Both the position numbers and the translations under genes were made by a program. 52,840 nucleotides of DNA. Origin: Gaiellaceae bacterium. Lineage in GTDB: Bacteria > Actinomycetota > Thermoleophilia > Gaiellales > Gaiellaceae. Positions 43,206-52,840 of the stretch are shown here, in pieces. The stretch spans positions 1 to 52,840 of the forward strand of contig JBOHAB010000001.1 of assembly GCA_050697655.1 (NCBI GenBank), read 5' to 3'. The notes beneath the pieces were generated by a model that ran no database searches, was not told the DNA's origin, and saw nothing but the letters and a program-made list of their open reading frames with translations. Position 1 is the stretch's first letter. The number at the start of each line of letters is the position of its first letter.

Positions 43206-44776
43206 TCGATCGTCGCCGGCGGCTTCGAGGAGAGGTCGAGCGCGACTCTGTTCACCGCTGGGATCTCGTTGATGATCCGGCTCGAGATCGTCTCCAGAAG
43301 GTCGTAGGGCAGGCGGGCCCAGTCGGCGGTCATTGCGTCCTCCGAGGTGACGGCGCGAATCACGATCGGGTACGCGTACGTGCGCTCGTCTCCCTGGACG
43401 CCTACCGAACGGATCGCGGGGAGGACGGCGAAGCACTGCCAGAGCTCGCGATAGAGCCCGGCCCTGCGCACCTCTTCGAGCAGGATCGCGTCGGCCTCGC
43501 GGAGCGTCGCCAGGCGCTCCTCCGTGACCTCGCCGATGATCCGGATGGCGAGCCCCGGGCCGGGGAACGGGTGACGCCAGACCATCTGGTCGGGCAGCCC
43601 GAGCTCCTCGCCGACGCGCCTGACCTCGTCCTTGAAGAGCATGCGCAGCGGCTCGACCAGCTCGAGTTCCATCACCTCGGGAAGCCCACCGACGTTGTGA
43701 TGGGACTTGATCGTGGCGGCGACGCCGTCGCCCGAGCCGCCCGACTCGATCACGTCGGAGTAGAGCGTTCCCTGGACGAGGAAGCGCGCGTCGCCGAGCG
43801 AGCGCGCCTCCTCCTCGAAGACGCGGATGAACTCCTCGCCGATCGCCTTGCGCTTCTCCTCCGGGTCGGCAACGCCGGCGAGCCGGGCGAGGAAGCGCTC
43901 GCGCGCGTCGACATGGAGGAGCGGCACGTGGAAGTGGCGTCCGAACGTCTCCACCACCTGGGCCGCTTCGTCCTTGCGAAGGAGGCCGTGGTCGACGAAG
44001 ACGCACGTCAGCTGCTCGCCGACCGCCTTGTGCACGAGGAGCGCCGCCACCGCCGAGTCGACCCCGCCGGAGAGACCGCAGAGCACGCGCTGACGCCCCA
44101 CCTGCGAGCGGATGCGCGTCGTCTCCTCCTCGATGACCGCGGCCGCGGTCCACGACGGGGGCGCGTCGGCGACGCGGTAGAGGAAGTTCTTGAGGATCGC
44201 CGTGCCGTGCTCCGTGTGGAGGACCTCCGGATGGAACTGGATGCCGTAGACCCGGCGCCGTGGATCCTCGAAGCCGGCGATCGGCGTCGACGGCGACGAG
44301 GCCGTGACGCGCGCGCCCTCTGGCGGCGCCGTCACCGAGTCCCGGTGGCTCATCCAGCCCACCTGGTCCTCCGGAAGCCCGTCGAAGAGGGCGCTGTCCG
44401 ACTCGACGCGCACGTCCGCGCGACCGAACTCGGAGCCGCCGGTGCGCTCGACCCGACCGCCGAGGTCCCTGGCCATCAGCTGCATCCCGTAGCAGATGCC
44501 GAGCACGGGGACGTCGAGCTCGAAGACACCGGGATCGGCGAGGGGCGCGCCGTCCGCGTACACGGAGGACGGCCCGCCGGAGAGGACGAGCGCGAGCGGC
44601 CTGCGCGCGGCGATCTCCGCGGGGGAGGTCGTATGGTGGACAAGCTCCGAGTAGACGCGGCACTCGCGCACGCGGCGCGCGATCAGCTGCGAGTACTGGC
44701 CGCCGAAGTCGACGACGAGAACGGGACGGTCTTCCGGTGCGGGCTCCTGGGCGGGGAGCGGAACGACTTCGCCCAT
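43196..44776 (-). CDS. guaA: GMP synthase (glutamine-hydrolyzing)
   Basis: It has a GATase domain ([11 protein letters not shown]), the PP-loop LSGGVDSAV and the C-terminal …PPATIEWE. Confidence 0.95.
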   Translation of the reverse strand: MGEVVPLPAQEPAPEDRPVLVVDFGGQYSQLIARRVRECRVYSELVHHTTSPAEIAARRPLALVLSGGPSSVYADGAPLADPGVFELDVPVLGICYGMQLMARDLGGRVERTGGSEFGRADVRVESDSALFDGLPEDQVGWMSHRDSVTAPPEGARVTASSPSTPIAGFEDPRRRVYGIQFHPEVLHTEHGTAILKNFLYRVADAPPSWTAAAVIEEETTRIRSQVGRQRVLCGLSGGVDSAVAALLVHKAVGEQLTCVFVDHGLLRKDEAAQVVETFGRHFHVPLLHVDARERFLARLAGVADPEEKRKAIGEEFIRVFEEEARSLGDARFLVQGTLYSDVIESGGSGDGVAATIKSHHNVGGLPEVMELELVEPLRMLFKDEVRRVGEELGLPDQMVWRHPFPGPGLAIRIIGEVTEERLATLREADAILLEEVRRAGLYRELWQCFAVLPAIRSVGVQGDERTYAYPIVIRAVTSEDAMTADWARLPYDLLETISSRIINEIPAVNRVALDLSSKPPATIEWE

Positions 44777-44782
44777 CAGCCC

Positions 44783-48051
<3,269 letters not shown>

Positions 48052-48061
48052 CCGTCCTCGT

Positions 48062-49021
48062 CTAGCGCTCGTGCGGGACGGGCTCGATGTGCTCGAGCTG
48101 CACGAGCGAGGCAAGGCGGCTCGCCTCGCGCGGGTCGAAGCGTCCCGCGCCGGCCTCGAGCACCGAGGCCGCCCCGGCGGCGACGGCGGCGCGCACGGCT
48201 TCGTCGAACGGCTTCCCGGCGACCCTGCCTGCGAGGAAGCCGGCGAGGAGCGTGTCGCCCGCGCCGACCTCCGAGATGGCTTCGACTCGCGGCGCTTCGG
48301 CCCGCACGCGGAGCTCGGTGCGGTCCTCGCGCAGGAGCGCGTAGCAGCCGGTCTCCTGCGTGATCAAGACGTTGCGCGCGCCGAGGGCGGCGATCTCGTC
48401 GAGGCCGGCGGCAAGATCCTCCCGGTCGACGAACTCGTGGCCGACGAGCGCCTCCGCCTCGCGCTGGTTGGGCGAGACGAGATAGGGCTCGGCGTCGAGG
48501 GCGAGACGAAGCGGCTCGCCCTCCGAGTCGACGACCGCGAGCAGCTGGCCGCGGTTCAGCTCACGGACGAGCTCGCCGTAGAAGCCCTCGTCGACGGCCC
48601 GGGGCAGCGAGCCGGCCAGCACGACGAACTCGGCCCGCTGGGCGAGGTAGGCGATCTTCTCGCGCAGGATCTCGAGCTCCTCCTCCGTCACCTCGGGGCC
48701 CCACTCGTTGATCTCCGTGTAGGCGTTGGAGGTCGGGTCGAGGACGGCGATGGACGTGCGCGACTCCGCCCCGATCCGGACGAAGTCGTTGAGGATGCCT
48801 TCGTGCGTCAGCTCCTCGACGAGCAACGTGCCCGTGCGACCGCCGGCGAGGCCCGTGCAGACGACCGGGGCACCAAGGCGCTTGAGCGCCCGTGCGACGT
48901 TGATCCCTTTTCCGCCGGCGCTGGGAAAGCCGACGCTGGCGCGGTGTCGCTGGCCCGGCTGGAAGTTGGGAACGACGAGCGTCCGGTCGATCGCCGTGTT
49001 GAGCGTGACGGTGACGATCAT
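48062..49021 (-). CDS. PfkB-family sugar kinase (1-phosphofructokinase / tagatose-6-phosphate kinase-like)
   Basis: It has TVTLNTAIDRT, GGKGINVARAL and the C-terminal GAGDTLLAGF. Confidence 0.85.
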   Translation of the reverse strand: MIVTVTLNTAIDRTLVVPNFQPGQRHRASVGFPSAGGKGINVARALKRLGAPVVCTGLAGGRTGTLLVEELTHEGILNDFVRIGAESRTSIAVLDPTSNAYTEINEWGPEVTEEELEILREKIAYLAQRAEFVVLAGSLPRAVDEGFYGELVRELNRGQLLAVVDSEGEPLRLALDAEPYLVSPNQREAEALVGHEFVDREDLAAGLDEIAALGARNVLITQETGCYALLREDRTELRVRAEAPRVEAISEVGAGDTLLAGFLAGRVAGKPFDEAVRAAVAAGAASVLEAGAGRFDPREASRLASLVQLEHIEPVPHER

Positions 49022-49033
49022 CCGGCTGGGATG

Positions 49034-50197
49034 CTAAAGGCCCGGGATGACCGCTGCGAACATGTCGCCGGCCTCGTCGAGTGCGCGGTCGGCGTACCAG
49101 CCGACACGCTCCTGGAAGCTGGGCTCGGGAATCGACCGCGCGGCGACCAGGTCGACACGCGCGACTTCGCCGTCACCGTCGGTGACGACGATCTCGCCGA
49201 GCTTCTGGCCCTTGCTGACCGGGAGCGCGACCATCTCCGGCGCGACGACCTGCTGGACGAACCGCGTGCCGTCGCCGAGCCGGACGAGCTTGGACGCACC
49301 GGAGGCCGCGACGAGCTCGAGCCGCTCGTCCTCGGCAAAGGGAACGGCGGCGGTCGCATACCGGCGGTCCTTGCGGACGAGCGGGAAGCGCGCGTACTGG
49401 TCGAACCCCCAGTCGAGCAGTTGCGTCAGGTCGGCGTTTCGCTGCGCGCGCGAGGGGCTGCCGAGGATGACGGCGTAGACCGTCGTCGGCCCCCGCCGTG
49501 CGGCAGCCACCTCGGACCAGCCCGCCCGGCCGGTGTGCCCGGTCTTCACCCCGATCAGGCCCGGATAGGTCCAGAGGAGGTCGTTCCAGTTCCTGAGCTT
49601 CCGGTTGGACGGGATCTCGGCGGTCCGCTTGCGCACGAGCTTGCGCACGATCGGCTCCTCCATGGCGACGCGCGCGAGCTGGAAGGTGTCTCGCGCGGTG
49701 GACACGTGCCTCGCGACGTCGAGGCCGTCCGGTCGCACGTAGTTCGTGTCGTCCAGGCCGAGCTCAGCGGCCTTCGCGTTCATCATCCGAACGAAACGCC
49801 GGATGCTTCCGTCCCCGACCTCCGCGGCCAGGGCGAACGCGGAATCGTTCGCGCTCTGGATCAGCGCGGCCGCGAGCAGCTCGCGGACCCGCAGCCGCTC
49901 GCCGGGGCTGAGGAAGATCGAAGAGCCGCCCTGGCCCACTGCCTGCCGCGAGACGGTGACCAGCTCGCCGGGGCGGGAATGCTCGAGCGTCACGAGCACC
50001 GTCATCAGCTTCGTGATGCTGGCCATCGGCATCCTTTGGCCGGCGGCGCGCTCGAAGAGAACGTCGCCGGTCCGGCCGTCGGCGACCAGCACTGCCCGCG
50101 CCTCGACCGGAGGAGGGGATGACGCAGCGGCCGCCGCGCCGGAGAGGAGCGCGGCGAGCAGGGCGGCGAGGAGCGTGACCAGGACGTGCTTTCGCAC
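49034..50197 (-). CDS. D-alanyl-D-alanine carboxypeptidase (serine peptidase S11, low-MW PBP)
   Basis: The signal/anchor is VRKHVLVTLLAALLAALLSGAAAA. It has the SxxK motif ASITKLMT, the SxN motif QSANDSA and the KTG motif VKTGHTG. The start is GTG 50197; the 110 listed upstream residues are shadow sequence. Confidence 0.85.
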   Translation of the reverse strand: MRKHVLVTLLAALLAALLSGAAAAASSPPPVEARAVLVADGRTGDVLFERAAGQRMPMASITKLMTVLVTLEHSRPGELVTVSRQAVGQGGSSIFLSPGERLRVRELLAAALIQSANDSAFALAAEVGDGSIRRFVRMMNAKAAELGLDDTNYVRPDGLDVARHVSTARDTFQLARVAMEEPIVRKLVRKRTAEIPSNRKLRNWNDLLWTYPGLIGVKTGHTGRAGWSEVAAARRGPTTVYAVILGSPSRAQRNADLTQLLDWGFDQYARFPLVRKDRRYATAAVPFAEDERLELVAASGASKLVRLGDGTRFVQQVVAPEMVALPVSKGQKLGEIVVTDGDGEVARVDLVAARSIPEPSFQERVGWYADRALDEAGDMFAAVIPGL

Positions 50198-50221
50198 GCC
50201 CCTCAGGCTATCCTCGGAGGC

Positions 50222-50542
50222 ATGCAGGAGGAGCAGGCAGACACCGCGCCGGCGCGGATCCGCGGCGCCGAGCGGTCGCTCCAGGTGGAGGTCAGAGGCC
50301 TCGGCGGCTTCGAGCTCCGTCCCACTCGCGTGTTCGTCTGGGGCGGCGACGAGCGCCACGCTAGCGAGCGCATCCTCCCGCTCGGCAGCGCTCCCCGGAG
50401 CCTGACCATCCCCCGCCGCCTGCGGGAGCGCCGGGCCGGCGTGGTCGAGCTGAGGACACTCGGGAACCCGGTGCTGACGGTCGCCCTGGCCGGCGTTCAG
50501 ATGGCGCGTACGCTCCGCCGCCGTCACGACACATCGCGTTGA
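50222..50542 (+). CDS. Hypothetical protein (about 106 aa)
   Basis: This is part of listed ORF 50186..50542. Third-codon positions are almost all G/C in this frame, unlike the overlapping minus-strand extension. I recognised no family. Confidence 0.4.
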   Translation: MQEEQADTAPARIRGAERSLQVEVRGLGGFELRPTRVFVWGGDERHASERILPLGSAPRSLTIPRRLRERRAGVVELRTLGNPVLTVALAGVQMARTLRRRHDTSR

Positions 50543-50554
50543 GCTGAAGAGCTC

Positions 50555-50926
50555 CTAGAGCTCCTGCCGCGGGCGGATGCGTATGCGGTCGCCCGGGTTG
50601 AGGGCGAGCGGATCGATGTTGGGATTGAGCTCGAGCAGGACGGAGAGCGAGACCTCACACTTGGCCGCGATCGACTCGAGGGTGTCGCCGGACTTGACCG
50701 TGTAGCGAGGCCTACGGCAGCCGCGGGGCAGAGCCGCCGTCCCGTCCGGGTTCGTCGTCGTCGCCCCCGTATCTATCTCCTGAGTCGAACCGCCGTCGCT
50801 TCGAGCCTCGCCGGCGTCGGAATCGAGGGCGCGCTGCACGAGGATCACGAGCACCGTCGCCGCCGCGAAGAACGCGAGCGGCGCCGCGAACCGGGCAATC
50901 CACACCCTGATCTGATCGGCGCTCAC
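50555..50926 (-). CDS. Membrane-anchored LysM-domain protein
   Basis: It has an N-terminal TM helix (IARFAAPLAFFAAATVLVILV) and a C-terminal LysM domain (YTVKSGDTLESIAAKCEVSLSVLLELNPNI…GDRIRI). GTG 50926 overlaps the pyrF stop (GTGA). Confidence 0.7.
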   Translation of the reverse strand: MSADQIRVWIARFAAPLAFFAAATVLVILVQRALDSDAGEARSDGGSTQEIDTGATTTNPDGTAALPRGCRRPRYTVKSGDTLESIAAKCEVSLSVLLELNPNIDPLALNPGDRIRIRPRQEL

Positions 50927-51858
50927 CAGCCCGACACCGCCCAGACCTCCTTGCGGAGGCGAGCCGCCTCGGCCGCTGCTGCCTTGCGCCAGTCCGCGCC
51001 GTCCACGCGGAAGGCGTAGATGACTGCCCGGGAGACGGGAACGAGCGCGCTCGCCGGGCCGCTCGTGAAGGCGCGCGCGACGTCGGCGGGGGTCCCGCCC
51101 TGCGCGCCGATGCCGGGCAGAAGCAGGATCGCGCGCGGCATCAGCCGCCTCGCCTCGCCGACCGCGCGCGGGTACGTCGCGCCGACGACGGCGCCGACGC
51201 TCGAAAGCCCGCGCTCGCCCACGAGGTCCTCTCCCCAGACGTTCACGAGCTCGGCGACGTGCTGCCAGACGCGCCGGCCGTCCGAGAGGGCGGCGTCCTG
51301 AATGTCGGCGCTGCCGGCATTCGACGTCTTGACGAGGCAGAAGATCCCGGTGCCGTTTCGCCGGCACGCTGCCACGAAGGGCTCGATCGAGTCGCTGCCG
51401 AGGTACGGGTTGACGGTGAGGGCATCGACAGGGGCCGGCCTGTCCTCACGCTTCTCGAGGTACGCGTCGGCATAGGCGCGCGCGGTCGAGCCGATGTCAC
51501 CGCGCTTCGCGTCCGCGAGCACGAGCAGGTTGGCGGCCCGCGCGTAGTCGCAGGCATCCTCGTAGGCACGGATGCCGTCGGCGCCGAGCGTCTCGAAGTA
51601 CGCGAGTTGCGGCTTCACTCCCACGACATACGGTGCGACGGCGTCGATCAATCCCCTGCAAAAGCGTCCGACGGCGTCTGCCGCGGAGGCACGCCCGCGG
51701 TGAATGTCGCCGCGCAGCTCGACCGGCAGGAGCTCCGGGCGCGGGTCGAGCCCGACGAGCAACTGGCTCGTCTTCGCCTCGACGGCCGCGGCGACCCGGT
51801 CGCCGAACGTCAGCGCGTCGACGGCGGAGCGCACGCCAGCCTCCAGCTCCTGAGCCAT
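50923..51858 (-). CDS. pyrF: Orotidine 5'-phosphate decarboxylase (type 2, long form)
   Basis: It has LLVGLDPRPELLP, VLADAKRGDIGSTA and LLPGIGAQGG. Confidence 0.9.
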   Translation of the reverse strand: MAQELEAGVRSAVDALTFGDRVAAAVEAKTSQLLVGLDPRPELLPVELRGDIHRGRASAADAVGRFCRGLIDAVAPYVVGVKPQLAYFETLGADGIRAYEDACDYARAANLLVLADAKRGDIGSTARAYADAYLEKREDRPAPVDALTVNPYLGSDSIEPFVAACRRNGTGIFCLVKTSNAGSADIQDAALSDGRRVWQHVAELVNVWGEDLVGERGLSSVGAVVGATYPRAVGEARRLMPRAILLLPGIGAQGGTPADVARAFTSGPASALVPVSRAVIYAFRVDGADWRKAAAAEAARLRKEVWAVSGW

Positions 51859-51905
51859 GTCTCGGGAGCTTAGATCGCGCTGCGGAGTGACGCCCAGCTA
51901 CCTCA

Positions 51906-52832
51906 TCAGGCGACCGCGGCCGGCCAGCCGTGCAGAGCCGTGAGGATCGCGTGCTCGTCGAGCGGGAGCACGGCCAGCTCGGGCGGCGGCCGGCGGATGA
52001 ACGTGTCGAGGAGACGGAGCTCCTCGGCGTCCTCCGGAGCGAGCGACGGCTCCGCGCCGCGCGCGGCGGCGAGCCCCGCGCGGATCTCGAGCGTGGCGCC
52101 GGCTCCAGGTGGGAGCACGCGCGCGTCTGCGACGCGGCCGGCGGCGACGAAGACCGCCCGGGAGAATCCCTCCTCGGAGGCGGGCGTCAGCAGGCACGCC
52201 TCGAGCGCTCTCAGCCGATCGAGCGCCGTCAGCTGGCGGATCACCTGCTCGAGCGCCTGAATGCGGTCGCGCAGGCGGGCGGCCTCCTCGTAGCGGAGGC
52301 AGTCCGACAGATCGCGGAGACGGGCGCGGAGCCGCGGCAACGGTGCGCCGGTGAGAAGCCTCTCGAGCTCGTCCTCCGTGGCGTCTCCGAGCGCCCGCGC
52401 GGCGCGCTCGGCCCGGCGCCGACTCCCGATCGGCCCGAGCCTTCCGGGCTGGGAGGAGACCACGATCTGCCCGCCGCGCCGGCGGAGATAGAAGCCCCGG
52501 CCGCCCCGCTTGCCGCGCGCATTCGCAGGCGGGCGGAGCTCGCGGATGAGCCGTAGCTCTTCGAGCGCGGCCTCCAGCTCGGAGCCGAGCACCTCCCACT
52601 CGACCTGCTCGACGGCGGCCAGCGCAGCCTCGACCGCGGGCCGCAGGCGCTCGGAGCGGAAGTACGAGCGAAGCCTCGCACGCAGGTCGCGGGCGCGACC
52701 GACGTAGAGCGCCTGGCCCCGCCCGTCGCGGAAGACGTAGACGCCGGGCTGAGTCGGCGCCCCGAAGACGAGCGAGCGCTTCTCGTAGACACGGCGACGC
52801 CGCGGCGCGGCCAACTCGACGAGGTCGGACAC
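51906..52832 (-). CDS. GIY-YIG nuclease + UVR-domain protein (UvrC/Cho-homology); may extend beyond the right edge
   Basis: It has GVYVFRDGRGQALYVGRARDLRARLRSYF (GIY-YIG) and LRYEEAARLRDRIQALE (UVR). The frame is still open at nt 52840, so an upstream exonuclease-type domain cannot be excluded. Confidence 0.7.
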   Translation of the reverse strand: MSDLVELAAPRRRRVYEKRSLVFGAPTQPGVYVFRDGRGQALYVGRARDLRARLRSYFRSERLRPAVEAALAAVEQVEWEVLGSELEAALEELRLIRELRPPANARGKRGGRGFYLRRRGGQIVVSSQPGRLGPIGSRRRAERAARALGDATEDELERLLTGAPLPRLRARLRDLSDCLRYEEAARLRDRIQALEQVIRQLTALDRLRALEACLLTPASEEGFSRAVFVAAGRVADARVLPPGAGATLEIRAGLAAARGAEPSLAPEDAEELRLLDTFIRRPPPELAVLPLDEHAILTALHGWPAAVA

Positions 52833-52840
52833 CGTTCGCG

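Overview
This is a very GC-rich, actinobacterium-like chromosomal segment (Actinomycetota style: dense antisense shadow ORFs, 4-nt start/stop overlaps, apparently leaderless genes). I saw no rRNA, tRNA or CRISPR array. All calls come from reading the translations and the DNA by eye; no searches were run.

From about 17.7 kb to the right edge the window is ordinary core genome:
- fabI, alr, nnr, acpS, arfB
- a CopC-CopD/YcnI copper cluster
- glmS-glmM-rpsI-rplM
- guaA-guaB, pfkB, a D-Ala-D-Ala carboxypeptidase, pyrF

The left third (1 to about 17.4 kb) is a mosaic of decayed accessory DNA:
- an edge-truncated IS transposase and a zinc-finger-less TOPRIM primase joined to a truncated, frameshifted gene
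- a frameshifted nucleotidyltransferase, a HicB-like antitoxin and a tyrosine-recombinase remnant
- a GmrSD-type (DUF262+DUF1524) gene whose two halves lie about 12.6 kb apart, with a PdxR/pdxS operon, a TetR/FAD-monooxygenase pair and other cargo between them

The most notable observations are:
1. A 376-aa LAGLIDADG intein sits inside the GuaB active-site loop.
2. A 184-nt near-perfect long hairpin lies between an MFS gene and rplM. Its mismatches are almost all G-T on the + strand, which suggests a structured + strand RNA.
3. The DUF262/DUF1524 gene is split.
4. Three tandem paralogous 4-TM membrane proteins, plus a coupled 39-codon ORF, lie upstream of copCD-ycnI.
5. A repeated CCAATG/CATTGG motif set fills the PdxR-pdxS divergent region.

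Several apparent 1-nt frameshifts and two genes without a canonical start codon may reflect either real decay or assembly error.
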